From IMG/VR virus record IMGVR_UViG_3300033388_007730, positions 155,189 to 219,188 of that record: a stretch of 64,000 nucleotides of DNA; one strand, written 5' to 3'. Both the position numbers and the translations under genes were made by a program. Shown here one piece after another: positions 19,637-29,406 of this stretch. Numbering within the stretch: position 1 is the stretch's first letter; every line of letters begins with the position of its first letter. The notes below the pieces were generated by a model. It saw only the letters and a list, made by a program, of their open reading frames with translations, had not been told where the DNA came from and searched no databases.

Positions 19637-20242
19637 ATGATTAAGATTAAAGATCCAAAAAGAATTATTACAGCAAAGAGAAAAAAGAACATAATCTGTT
19701 GGCTCGATTTGGATGGCGTAATTTGCTATTGGTTAAAATCAGCTGCAAACACTCTGGGAATAGATTTGAGAAGGTCTGATATTAGACAACAGCTTAAAGA
19801 TGGAAAGAGAATGGAAAGTTTTGTAGGTGGTGATTCTAAAATGTGGACTAAGATTGATGCTGAAGGCGAAGCCTGGTGGGAAAATATAGAAAAACTTCCT
19901 TGGGCTGATGACTTAATTAATCTTCTTAAGAAAGAAACAAAAGATTTATCATTTCTAAGTTCTCCTTCTAATAGTCCTACTTGTTATTCCGGAAAAATAA
20001 AATGGGTACAAAAGAATTACCCAAAGATGGATAGAGATGTATTTATTGGATGTAAAAAATATAGATGTGCTAGTTCTGATTCTCTTCTTATTGATGATAC
20101 CGCAAAAGAGTGTAAGAAGTTTAGAGAAAATGGTGGGCATGTTTTTGAGTGGCCTAATGTTCTATCTATTATTGATGGAGAAATTAAGATAGAAGATGTA
20201 TTAAGTGATTTGGCTAATGAAATAAATAAAATAAGATTATAA
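19637..20242 (+). CDS. HAD-family 5'(3')-deoxyribonucleotidase
   Basis: DLDGV, LSSP, K..W, LLIDD. Confidence 0.8.
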   Translation: MIKIKDPKRIITAKRKKNIICWLDLDGVICYWLKSAANTLGIDLRRSDIRQQLKDGKRMESFVGGDSKMWTKIDAEGEAWWENIEKLPWADDLINLLKKETKDLSFLSSPSNSPTCYSGKIKWVQKNYPKMDRDVFIGCKKYRCASSDSLLIDDTAKECKKFRENGGHVFEWPNVLSIIDGEIKIEDVLSDLANEINKIRL

Positions 20243-20253
20243 GGGATGGATTT

Positions 20254-20568
20254 ATGAAGTATGTATTAGCTGGAAAATCAGAAACTTTTAATTTGTATTG
20301 TCATATAAATAAACAGCAACCTGATAAAGATGTAATATATGCGAAAACAGAGAAAATATTTAATGACACAACTGACATTGATACGATAGTATTATTGTCT
20401 GGATGGTGGGGAAAAAGTTGGGCTAAAAAGGCTCTTAAAGGTATTCTTGAAGTATATCCTTGTATAGATATAGAGTATTTGGATGGGCAATTTGGAGAGA
20501 AAGAGAGAGAGGGTATTTCTGCTCAGAAGAGTACACTTACCCGATTTGATTTAATAGATTTGGAGTAA
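20254..20568 (+). CDS. Hypothetical protein ending RFDLIDLE
   Basis: ORF with RBS; shared C-terminal motif. Confidence 0.7.
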   Translation: MKYVLAGKSETFNLYCHINKQQPDKDVIYAKTEKIFNDTTDIDTIVLLSGWWGKSWAKKALKGILEVYPCIDIEYLDGQFGEKEREGISAQKSTLTRFDLIDLE

Positions 20569-20609
20569 AAGTAGTGAAGAAATAGTTATGATAGCTGCTG
20601 AGGAGAATA

Positions 20610-20945
20610 GTGATGAAAAGTAAATTGATTGAGTTGACAGATGAGAATTTTGAGGAAGAAGTTATAAATAGTTCCATTCCTGTAATGGTAGATTTTTATG
20701 CCGATTGGTGTGGGCCTTGCAGATCTATGACTCCAGCATTAGAAGATTTATCTGGGGAGATGGAAGGTAGTTTAAAGATTGGTAAAGTTAATATAGAAAC
20801 AACATCTTTAGCTACAAAATATTCTGTTTCTAGCATTCCCTCCCTTTTTATGTTTAAAAATGGAGAGATAACAGAGAGAAAAACAGGACTACAAAACAAA
20901 AAGGCATTGATTAAGTTGGCATCTGGGGAGAATAACGATGAGTAG
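20610..20945 (+). CDS. trxA: Thioredoxin
   Basis: VDFYADWCGPC, SIP. Confidence 0.95.
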   Translation: MMKSKLIELTDENFEEEVINSSIPVMVDFYADWCGPCRSMTPALEDLSGEMEGSLKIGKVNIETTSLATKYSVSSIPSLFMFKNGEITERKTGLQNKKALIKLASGENNDE

Positions 20946-21264
20946 TTCCGAAGATAAATTTATTGAAGTTTGCAGAGTGAAGATGGCAGCAGAACTTGAG
21001 ATGCCACCTGATAACATTGATATGGTATCTATAATATCTTGTTGTAAAAGAGCAATTATAGAGGAATGTGGTAGAGATGATCAAAAAGGAATTATCATTA
21101 ATCCACTAACGGAAGAGGAGAAAAAAGCTGTTTTTAGTGAATATGGCCCTATTGCTATCAGCAAGATATTTGCTAAGGAAGAGCCTTTTTGTGAGTGGGC
21201 TGATAAATTTGAAGAAGATTATGTAAGAATATTCTTGGAAAAAATAAATAAAAGAGAAGATTAA
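20938..21264 (+). CDS. Hypothetical protein
   Basis: GGAG RBS, overlap with trxA. Confidence 0.65.
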   Translation: MSSSEDKFIEVCRVKMAAELEMPPDNIDMVSIISCCKRAIIEECGRDDQKGIIINPLTEEEKKAVFSEYGPIAISKIFAKEEPFCEWADKFEEDYVRIFLEKINKRED

Positions 21265-21533
21265 ATAAATTGTTCTTCTCCATTTTCATCTATATAGAGT
21301 AATAATTTTCCAGCAGATGAGTCGAACCATCCTTTTATAGATATTAATCCAGAATGATGGCTTCTGTGACACTTAGTACAGATACAGACACAATTAGAGT
21401 TATTATATTTTCCACCTGCAAAAATTCTATGAACATCGAGGAGTTCATATTTTTCTTCCCCGCAAATGCGACAAGATCTATGTCTTCTTTTGAAGGCTTT
21501 TTTGCTAACAAATGGAGTTTTAAAATTTTTCAT
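21261..21533 (-). CDS. Small HNH endonuclease
   Basis: CRIC..LDVHRI..GG.Y...N..C.C..CH...H. Confidence 0.75.
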   Translation of the reverse strand: MKNFKTPFVSKKAFKRRHRSCRICGEEKYELLDVHRIFAGGKYNNSNCVCICTKCHRSHHSGLISIKGWFDSSAGKLLLYIDENGEEQFI

Positions 21534-21609
21534 TTTGTACTTTCAAAGTGAAAGATAATTATGTATAATTATCGTAATAAATGTTATTTTTTAATTAGGA
21601 GAACTTAGT

Positions 21610-22083
21610 ATGATGAATTACAATCGGGTTATGTTGATGGGCAGACTCACTGCCAATCCAATTCTCAGGGTTTTTGATGACGGTAATAAAGTTGTGAACT
21701 TTTCTATCGCTACTAATAGAACTTGGAAGGGTGCTGATAACCAAAGAAGAGAAGAAACGTGTTTTGTGGCTTGCAAGGCTTTTGGAACAAGAGCACAGGC
21801 AATTAACGACTATTTCTCAAAGGGAAGACCTTTATTTATTGAGGGTCATCTTTACCAGGAAAAGTGGGTAAATAAGGATACTCAAAAAAATATGACTAAG
21901 TTGCGTGTAGTAGTCGATAATTTTGAATTTCTTGATAAGAAGAGTTCAACAGAAGATGGAATTCCAGCATCTGCTGGTAATTCGTTTATGTCTGGTTCCG
22001 CAGATGATTTTGATGCTGTTGTAGATGATGCTGTTACTACAGAAGTTACTTCTACTAACAAAGATGTTGCTGACAGGAGTTAA
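21610..22083 (+). CDS. ssb: Single-stranded DNA-binding protein
   Basis: N.V.LMGRL..P, FSIATNR.W, KG..LFIEG.L; lacks terminal PF tail. Confidence 0.93.
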   Translation: MMNYNRVMLMGRLTANPILRVFDDGNKVVNFSIATNRTWKGADNQRREETCFVACKAFGTRAQAINDYFSKGRPLFIEGHLYQEKWVNKDTQKNMTKLRVVVDNFEFLDKKSSTEDGIPASAGNSFMSGSADDFDAVVDDAVTTEVTSTNKDVADRS

Positions 22084-22085
22084 TT

Positions 22086-22949
22086 GTGATAAAGCTCAAA
22101 AGTATTAAATTACGCAACTATTGTGGTTATAGAGATTTTGAGCTTGATTTGTCTGAGGGAGATGGAGTGAAAAAGTGGCAGATGTTCTACGGTCCTAATG
22201 GTAGTTTTAAATCTACTTTTTTAAGGGCTGTAGAACTGTTGTCATCTCCTAGGATGATTCTGGGTAGAGTTAGTGCTAAGTTGTTTTTACGCAGATTAAC
22301 TTATCATTCTAATTATCAGCCTAGTTATATCGGCTTTGATAAATTAAGAACAAATTTGTATATGGAAGCTACTTTTTTAACTGATGATGGTGATAAAAGA
22401 ATAGTGTTGGAAAATAATTGGGATGATAAAGTTGGGTTGACCACAAATGAGTTGCCATTAGATATAATATCGGCTGCTTCTTTTATCGATGCAGATAATC
22501 CTAATAATATGTATAGTTTTCAGATACGTGATACCAATGAAGAAAGTTTTTTGGATATGGCGGAATCTGTTTACAATCTAAAATGTTATTTACCTGAAGA
22601 GTCATTAGTGAAAGAAAAAGATATATCTAATGGAAAAGATATTTTGCTTTATACAGATTTTGTTATTATTAAATATGGAGATACATTGGTCCATTATAAG
22701 AGTTTTTCTGATGGAGAGAAGAAAATAGCAACTCTTCTTTCTGCTCTTTTTAGAAGAAGTAGAGAAGCCGATATTTTGCTTATTGATAATATTGCGCAAC
22801 ATATATATTTTAAGAGGCATATGGATCTTATATCTAAAATAGATAGGTTTTTTCCATCGACTCAAATTTTAGCTACTACACATTCTTCGACGATAATAAG
22901 TGGGATGAATGAAAAATATCTGGTAGATATGGAAAAAAATATTTTATAA
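22086..22949 (+). CDS. ABC-type ATPase (OLD/RecF/SMC-like), stand-alone
   Basis: GPNGSFKST, SFSDGEKK, LLIDNI, TTHS. Confidence 0.8.
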   Translation: MIKLKSIKLRNYCGYRDFELDLSEGDGVKKWQMFYGPNGSFKSTFLRAVELLSSPRMILGRVSAKLFLRRLTYHSNYQPSYIGFDKLRTNLYMEATFLTDDGDKRIVLENNWDDKVGLTTNELPLDIISAASFIDADNPNNMYSFQIRDTNEESFLDMAESVYNLKCYLPEESLVKEKDISNGKDILLYTDFVIIKYGDTLVHYKSFSDGEKKIATLLSALFRRSREADILLIDNIAQHIYFKRHMDLISKIDRFFPSTQILATTHSSTIISGMNEKYLVDMEKNIL

Positions 22950-22955
22950 ATTTTT

Positions 22956-23018
22956 ATGGAGGAAATGGAGGAAATGGAGGAAATGGAGGAAATGGAGGAA
23001 ATGGAGGAAATGGAGGAG
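22956..23018 (+). repeat. Tandem repeat (ATGGAGGAA) x7, last unit imperfect
   Basis: Six perfect 9-mers plus ATGGAGGAG. Confidence 0.95.
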
Positions 23019-23124
23019 CATCAGAATGTGCTGCTGATTTTGAAACTTTGATAAGATTCGTGGAAAGACAAAAAGATGAGTAAAATTAAGAATGTAAATT
23101 AAAAATTAATATAGGAGAAAAAAA

Positions 23125-23373
23125 ATGACAGCTACAGAAACAAGATTAAAAAACACAAGAATGAAATTGGATATTGAAGAAGCAAAAATAAGAGGTAAAA
23201 GAGCTAAGCTTGAATTGGATAAAGTAAAAGCTGAAATTGAAAAGATTAAAGCAGATACAGAGAGAAGCAAATTAGATTCTTTAAAAATGGAAATGGCAAA
23301 AGAAAAAATGGAATTGGAAACAGAATTTATGAGACTTCAGATTCAGAAACTGGAGGCAGAAGTTGATAAATAA
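23125..23373 (+). CDS. Coiled-coil hypothetical protein
   Basis: AGGAG RBS; heptad pattern. Confidence 0.7.
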   Translation: MTATETRLKNTRMKLDIEEAKIRGKRAKLELDKVKAEIEKIKADTERSKLDSLKMEMAKEKMELETEFMRLQIQKLEAEVDK

Positions 23374-23440
23374 GAAGAGTTTGCCTTATGGGTGGTCCAT
23401 GTTCAGGATTCATGTTAAAGTATTTGATTTTTAGGGAGGT

Positions 23441-23662
23441 ATAGGATATAAGAAAATTAGTGATATAAGGATAGCACGATCAGTATTGACAGATACAATT
23501 TATGCTGGATTTATTGATAAAGATGGAGAATCGTGGATTGATAAAGTAGATGTTACGAAAGATTTTTGGAAAGCTGTAATAGAGACATTTGTTGATGATT
23601 CCAGAATAATAACTTCTTCGAATGAAGAAAAATTTGAAGTAATCGTTAGAAAAGTGAAATAA
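23441..23662 (+). CDS. Small phage protein without ATG start (ATA or TTG)
   Basis: Open frame IRIARSVLTDTIYAG..W.DK.DVT..F..AV after GGAGG; in-frame TAG at 23432. Confidence 0.5.
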   Translation: MGYKKISDIRIARSVLTDTIYAGFIDKDGESWIDKVDVTKDFWKAVIETFVDDSRIITSSNEEKFEVIVRKVK

Positions 23663-23737
23663 ATTAATTTTTTAGTAGTTGTATGAAGGGAAGATATAGA
23701 ATATAAGTTATAATGATATTTTTAATAGGAGAATATT

Positions 23738-24571
23738 ATGATTTATAGTAGAATATGCCCTCAGTGTAAAAAAGAAATAAAATATAAACACAAGGGGACT
23801 TGGAAGAGATTAGAGAAAAAGGGGTCTTTTTGTTTTAATTGTACTCGTAAAAATTTATGTAAGACAGATGAACAAAAAAAACAGATGGCTTCTCATTTTG
23901 GAGAACCTCGTAGAGGAAGGGATAATCCTTTTTATGGGAAAAAGCATTCTGATAAAACTAAGGCTATTTTAGCGAAAAAGTGCAGGAGGGTCGGGAAAGA
24001 GTGCGGGATGTATGGTAGATCTTTTTATGATATTTGGTTGGAAAAATATGGTAAAAAAGAAGCTAATAAAAAGATGGTTGAATTTAAAAAGAAACAGTCA
24101 ATACTTCATTCTGGTAAAAATAATCCTATGTATGGCAAACCTTCTCCTCAAGGATCTGGGAACGGTTGGAGTGGATGGTATAAAGGATGGTACTTTAGGA
24201 GTTTGAGAGAATTATCTTATGTCATAAATTATTTAGAAAAGAATAATTTAGAATGGATATCTGCTGAGAAGAAAAAGTTTTCAATACCATACAAAGATTA
24301 TGATGGAACAGAGAGAACTTACCGTCCTGATTTTTTTGTTGAAAATAGCATATTAGTAGAAATTAAACCCAACAGATTAAAAAAAGCTGTAACAAATAAT
24401 TTAAAAAAAGCGGCAGCAGAAAAATTTTGTAAAAAAAATAATTATAAATATGAAGTGGTAGAACCTAAGAGAATGAAAGATAAGCAAATAGCCGATTTGT
24501 ATAAGAAAAAGAAGATAAAATTTTTAGATAGATATGAGAAAAAATTTAAAGAAAGATATTTAAATGAGTAA
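23738..24571 (+). CDS. Free-standing homing endonuclease: zinc ribbon, NUMOD3-like repeats, TnsA-like PD-(D/E)xK domain
   Basis: NPFYGKKHS, GKNNPMYGK, FRS..E, YRPDF..VEIKP; paralog of 47939. Confidence 0.8.
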   Translation: MIYSRICPQCKKEIKYKHKGTWKRLEKKGSFCFNCTRKNLCKTDEQKKQMASHFGEPRRGRDNPFYGKKHSDKTKAILAKKCRRVGKECGMYGRSFYDIWLEKYGKKEANKKMVEFKKKQSILHSGKNNPMYGKPSPQGSGNGWSGWYKGWYFRSLRELSYVINYLEKNNLEWISAEKKKFSIPYKDYDGTERTYRPDFFVENSILVEIKPNRLKKAVTNNLKKAAAEKFCKKNNYKYEVVEPKRMKDKQIADLYKKKKIKFLDRYEKKFKERYLNE

Positions 24572-25118
24572 GAGGATAAGACGCATAAATTTAATTTCTG
24601 GTCCTGGAAGTGGAAAAAGTATTACTGCTACTAACATAAGAGCACAACTTGGTTTTAGAGGTTATGACATTGAGCTTGTTAATGAGGTGATTAAGGATTG
24701 GACATATATTCCGAGAATACCTACTAGTTGTGATGGTTTTTTTCTTCAGGCTTCTCAAGTAGAAAAAGAAGATATAAGATTGAGGGCGGGAGTCGAACTC
24801 ATTGTTAGCGACTCCCCTTTGATGCTCCAATATTTCTATGCTAAATGGCATAATGCTCCGTTACAAAAGCCTATGCTTCAAGCAGCTTTAGAGTTTGAGA
24901 AAATGTATCCTTCTATCCATATTTCTATGCAGCGTAATGATGAATTTTATTCAGAAGTAGGAAGATATGAAAAATTAGAAGAAGCTAAAGAGATTGATAA
25001 AGCTATTGAACAGGTTTTATTTAATAATGGTATAGACTATATTCCTTTTTCGTGCCTAGATCAAGATGGACTTATCAATGCTATAGTTTCAATAATAGGA
25101 GATAAAAATGTTGTTTGA
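24564..25118 (+). CDS. P-loop kinase, NadR/AAA_28-like
   Basis: INLISGPGSGKS, IVSDSPL, GR....EA..ID. Confidence 0.75.
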   Translation: MSKRIRRINLISGPGSGKSITATNIRAQLGFRGYDIELVNEVIKDWTYIPRIPTSCDGFFLQASQVEKEDIRLRAGVELIVSDSPLMLQYFYAKWHNAPLQKPMLQAALEFEKMYPSIHISMQRNDEFYSEVGRYEKLEEAKEIDKAIEQVLFNNGIDYIPFSCLDQDGLINAIVSIIGDKNVV

Positions 25119-25683
25119 TGAATTTGGAATAGATGAGTTGGGAAGACTGAGAAAAGAGACAGCATTTATGGAGATTTGTTTTGTATTAAGTAAATTATCA
25201 ATGGATAACTCTTCAAAGTGTGGTTGTCTCGCAGTGCATGATGATGGAGCATTATTATCAGGAGGATATAACAATCCTGTTAGAGGATCTGATGATAAGA
25301 ATGTACCAATAGATGTGAGACCTGACAAATATTATTTCATGGAACATTCTGAAAGAAATGCAGTGTATAATGCAAGTAGACATGGTATTAAATTATTTGG
25401 TTGTACATTTTATGTTACTGGATTTCCATGTGTGGATTGTTTGAGAGCAATGTTGCAATCAGGAGCAAAAAAGATTATATATGGTCCGAATCAAACCAGG
25501 ATGTCTTTACCTATAGATGTATATGCTCAGATGCTTAAAAATCAACCTGTTGTTATAGAGAGATTCAAACATGATAAAGAGTTGTATAAACAACAACCAA
25601 AAATCGAAGAAGAAATGAATAAAAAACTTCGAAATGGTATTGAAGATATTAACTTTGAATGGAATGTTAGAGAAGATGGTTAG
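25108..25683 (+). CDS. dCMP deaminase
   Basis: GYN, HSERNA, PCVDC. Confidence 0.88.
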   Translation: MLFDEFGIDELGRLRKETAFMEICFVLSKLSMDNSSKCGCLAVHDDGALLSGGYNNPVRGSDDKNVPIDVRPDKYYFMEHSERNAVYNASRHGIKLFGCTFYVTGFPCVDCLRAMLQSGAKKIIYGPNQTRMSLPIDVYAQMLKNQPVVIERFKHDKELYKQQPKIEEEMNKKLRNGIEDINFEWNVREDG

Positions 25684-25822
25684 GCATAGAAATAAATAAA
25701 GGATTTTATACCATTTATTTTTAATATAAAAGTTAATAATTAACCTAAAAATGAGATTTGCTCAGGAATGGCCTGGGCAAATTTTTTCTATTTACAATGT
25801 GCCATCATTGAAAGAAAAAAAT

Positions 25823-25960
25823 ATGAGTATTCTAAAAAAGTTTTTTGTGTTCCGTTGGTTATATAATTTGAAAGTAGCTCGTAATGAAAAAAAACAAAGA
25901 GAGAGAATACGATATTCTGAAAAAAGGTGGGAAATGAAATTAAGAGGATTAAAAAGGTAA
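25823..25960 (+). CDS. Small basic hypothetical protein
   Basis: 3' part of ORF 25751..25960; upstream part is occupied by a hairpin. Confidence 0.35.
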   Translation: MSILKKFFVFRWLYNLKVARNEKKQRERIRYSEKRWEMKLRGLKR

Positions 25961-26007
25961 TATATGGAACATAAAGTAAAGAGAATTATTAAATATAAAG
26001 AGCAACT

Positions 26008-28380
26008 ATGGAAGATATAAATATCAAATCATTATTACAAGGTGGAATTCGTAAAGATCCAGAAGATGATAGAGATTTTATTTTTACAACACCACATATT
26101 CCTGATCATACTGTCTTGGGAAGTGCTGATTCTATTCCATTAAAAATAGATCATTCTAATAAGATGGGTTCGGTTAAGTTTCAAGGTGCGTTAGGATGCC
26201 ATGATATTAGAACAGAAATACTTACAGAAAAAGGTTGGAAACTATTTAAAGATTTGGATAAAGAAGAAAAAGTAGCTACCGTTAATCCTAATACCCATGA
26301 AATTGAATATCAAGAGCCAATTAATTATTTAGAATATGATTATGAAGGAGATATGTATTATTTTCACCATAAAAGTGGATTAGATGCTATGGTTACTCCT
26401 AATCATAAGATGTATGTCAAGAAATGGGATAATAAAAATATGACATTAAAAGAAGAATTTGAATTCATTGAAGCACAAAATATGGGTTGGTATTCTGGAT
26501 TGTTGACAAAAATTGATTGGGATGGGATCTCTCCCAAAACAATGAAAATGCCAGATGTTGAGATAGGACAAAGAAATGGAAGCAAAAAACAATCTATAAG
26601 AATAGGTAAAGAAATTGATACTACTAATTTCATTACATTTTTGGGATTATATTTAGCAGAGGGCTGTTGTTATCGTCCTGAGGGTAGTGGATCTTACAGA
26701 ATTGAGATCGCCGCTAGTGACAATAATGATAGGAAAAATGAAGTTATTGAAATTATTGATGATTTGCCGTATAAATATACTATTTATCATGATAGGATAA
26801 CAATATGGAATAAATCTTTATATACATTTCTTAAGCCTTTTGGGAATGTTTATACTAAGTCAGTACCAAGATTTGTTATGGATTTGAATAAAAAGGATAT
26901 CGCTGCATTTATGTATGGTTATTATTTAGGAGATGGATCTTTTCATGATAATGGGGCAAGGACAGGGTATTCGGTATCTGAACATTTAATTGATGATCTT
27001 CAAGAACTATCTTTGAAAATAGGGGTATATAGTAGGAAAAAAAGTAGATCACCTAGAATTGCATATATTAAAGGTAGAAAAATTTTTGGTAAAGAAAGTT
27101 ATGAACTTCATGAAAGACAAATAGATACGAAGTTGTCGATAGATAGAAATAAATATTCATCCAAAGTTCCATATAATAATAAAGTATATTGTGTAGAAGT
27201 CCCTAATCACATACTTATTACTAGAAGGGGTGGTTGTATTCTAATTTCTGGCAATTCGTGCGTAGCGTTTGCAGCTTGTGCTTTAAAAGAGTGGCAAGAA
27301 ACAATAGAACATGAAAAGGAAGTTTTGGCAGGGAAAAAAGATCATAGAGAAGGTAAAGAATATAATTTGTCTGAACAGTGGATTTATTGGAATTGTAAAA
27401 AAATAGATCCATGGCCTAATTCTGAAGGAACAAATCTGAGATCAGCTATGAGAGTATTAAATAAGATTGGAGTTCCTACCGAACAAGCTTGGGGTTACAC
27501 TGATGATAAGGTGAACATTGGTGAACCTGAAAGCTGGGCATATATGATAGCAAGGTGGAATTTAATAGGGTCTTATTGGAGAATATCAGGATTAGATCAA
27601 ATTAAAAAAGCATTGATCGAGAGTCCTATTATTATTGGGATGGCTTGTTTTAGAGAAATGTATGGTAATTTAGAACATGGTTTAATACCTTATCCTGCTA
27701 ATCCTGGAGAAGTAATGTCTCATCATGCTGTTTGTGTTGTTGGTTATGATGAAGAGAAAAAACTCTTAAAATTTAAAAATAGTTGGTCTAAGTTCTGGGG
27801 AGATGTTGGTTATGGATATATACCTTATGATTATGTAAGAGATTTTGTATGGGATGCGTGGATTGCTAGAGATATTAGTGTAACTCATGAAATGCTTGAA
27901 GGTACTAGATTATTGGTAGGTGCAGATGTACCAACAGTAATAGAGATAGCTGAGACACCACTTATACAAAAAGATACAGAAGAGAATTTTTCTTTTGTAG
28001 GATTTAAGTATCCTTCTCTTTTAGATACTTTTTCTATTATTAAAGATATTTTTGGAGTTCCAGAAATAGAGATATTTAGAGCTTCTAAAAAGGTGGGAGT
28101 TAAATTAGAAGATTCTTCATCTATTAACTTATTCTGTAAAAAATATTTTGCTGAGTTTAGAAAAGAATCTGTAAAGAAATATGGATTTGAAGTCGATGTT
28201 ATTAAAGTGGATGATGAATATCCAATTATTGGTATTTGTTTGTGTGAAAAAGAAATTAGTGATAAATTTGATGAAAATCAGATAAAGATAGAAGATGTAA
28301 TGAAAAAAGTGGTTGGCATGAGAGATATATTGGCTCTTGGCAAAGATATAATAATTTACAATGGTGTGAGAAAATATTAA
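26008..28380 (+). CDS. Papain-family (C1A) cysteine protease containing an intein
   Basis: After intein removal QGALG/SCVAFA; LSEQWIY, HAVCVVGYD, KNSW...WGD.GY. Confidence 0.9.
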   Translation: MEDINIKSLLQGGIRKDPEDDRDFIFTTPHIPDHTVLGSADSIPLKIDHSNKMGSVKFQGALGCHDIRTEILTEKGWKLFKDLDKEEKVATVNPNTHEIEYQEPINYLEYDYEGDMYYFHHKSGLDAMVTPNHKMYVKKWDNKNMTLKEEFEFIEAQNMGWYSGLLTKIDWDGISPKTMKMPDVEIGQRNGSKKQSIRIGKEIDTTNFITFLGLYLAEGCCYRPEGSGSYRIEIAASDNNDRKNEVIEIIDDLPYKYTIYHDRITIWNKSLYTFLKPFGNVYTKSVPRFVMDLNKKDIAAFMYGYYLGDGSFHDNGARTGYSVSEHLIDDLQELSLKIGVYSRKKSRSPRIAYIKGRKIFGKESYELHERQIDTKLSIDRNKYSSKVPYNNKVYCVEVPNHILITRRGGCILISGNSCVAFAACALKEWQETIEHEKEVLAGKKDHREGKEYNLSEQWIYWNCKKIDPWPNSEGTNLRSAMRVLNKIGVPTEQAWGYTDDKVNIGEPESWAYMIARWNLIGSYWRISGLDQIKKALIESPIIIGMACFREMYGNLEHGLIPYPANPGEVMSHHAVCVVGYDEEKKLLKFKNSWSKFWGDVGYGYIPYDYVRDFVWDAWIARDISVTHEMLEGTRLLVGADVPTVIEIAETPLIQKDTEENFSFVGFKYPSLLDTFSIIKDIFGVPEIEIFRASKKVGVKLEDSSSINLFCKKYFAEFRKESVKKYGFEVDVIKVDDEYPIIGICLCEKEISDKFDENQIKIEDVMKKVVGMRDILALGKDIIIYNGVRKY
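26197..27255 (+). mobile_element. Contiguous intein (353 aa) with LAGLIDADG endonuclease
   Basis: Starts CHDIRTEILT, block B VTPNH, LGLYLAEG and GYYLGDG, ends VYCVEV...SGN before Ser. Confidence 0.92.
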
Positions 28381-28388
28381 AAAAAGTG

Positions 28389-28416
28389 TTGATATTTGTA
28401 TTTTTTCTGCTATAAT
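28389..28416 (+). promoter_or_regulatory. Promoter of tmRNA, TTGATA-N16-TATAAT
   Basis: Extended TG; 25 nt upstream of mature 5' end. Confidence 0.7.
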
Positions 28417-28441
28417 ACGATAGTTCTTATAAAATTAAATA

Positions 28442-28823
28442 GGGGACGACAGGATTGACTGGATAGGTAGAAAATTGAATTGCATGTCAGAGATGGTAGT
28501 TGGCTCTGTAAAAAATCTACTAAAAAGTTTAATTGCAAACAGTTACGCAATGGCTGCTTAAGCAGCAGGAGGGTGGCATAGCCTACCTTCCACCGATGTC
28601 TGTAAGGGAGTTTCCTGCTGGAACTTACAGGCTAATTTAGGCAGGATAGCCGAGAAACATTTTCTCATGGTGTGATTGGCGACAAGTCCCGATAAGGGGA
28701 TGAGATAGCGAAAGTTAGGGTTAGTCCGTTGTTCCTAACATAGTGAAAAAAAAACAACGGACTATACATGTAGATGTTTGATTTGAAATATCACAGGACG
28801 AGGCTTCAATGCCTCCGTCTCCA
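28442..28823 (+). ncRNA. ssrA: tmRNA; tag reading frame ANSYAMAA (28535-28561); CCA not encoded
   Basis: Acceptor stem GGGGACG/CGTCTCC+A with G3:U, T-arm GAGGC-TTCAAT-GCCTC, tag ending AA-stop. Confidence 0.92.
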
Positions 28824-28853
28824 TTATGATGAAGTTTTTTTAAGGATGTAATA

Positions 28854-29204
28854 ATGAGTAGAGTAGGATTATTAGTAATATTGTTTTTGACTTCTTTTCT
28901 CTTTTGTGGTTGTGATAAACCAGAACCAAGACCAAGACCGAAATTCGGTAAAGGTCAAAAAGTTATTCATAGAGCTACAAGTAAAGAGTGTTATGTAATT
29001 AACTCTACTTATGATTATACCGAATCAGTTGGATGGACTTGTGCTGTATATTCTTATATGACATAAGAAGAGATTGAGACATTGGAAAAGTCTGTTACTG
29101 GTATTACTAAAAAATGTAATGTTGAAGCTGGACAAATACAATTGTGTGAACATGTTTATAAAAGTATGTTAGAACCTACAGAAGATGATTATAGAAAGGA
29201 TTAA
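28854..29204 (+). pseudogene. Lipoprotein-like ORF interrupted by in-frame TAA at 29064
   Basis: Hydrophobic signal with LFCGC; frame stays open 45 codons after the stop. Confidence 0.5.
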
Positions 29205-29206
29205 AA

Positions 29207-29377
29207 ATGAAAGCATATGGACGTAAAAATCCTATAAGGGATGGAGCAAGGAAGAATAGAAAACATTCTCGTAGAGGGAATGTTTGTTCTGTATGTAATA
29301 ACACTAAAATTAGTAAAGGAAGTGCTAGGCAGAAAATGAAAAATATATTAGCAAATGGAGATATCGATTTCCTGTGA
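29207..29377 (+). CDS. Small basic protein (MKAYG..., CSVC)
   Basis: AAGGA RBS; read by hand. Confidence 0.6.
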   Translation: MKAYGRKNPIRDGARKNRKHSRRGNVCSVCNNTKISKGSARQKMKNILANGDIDFL

Positions 29378-29406
29378 TTTACTAACTAATTTATAGGAGA
29401 CTGATA

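Noticed and set aside
25751-25790. Small RNA at hairpin atttgctcagg/cctgggcaaat
   Set aside because: A single stem-loop with T run; cannot be distinguished from a terminator or leader hairpin.
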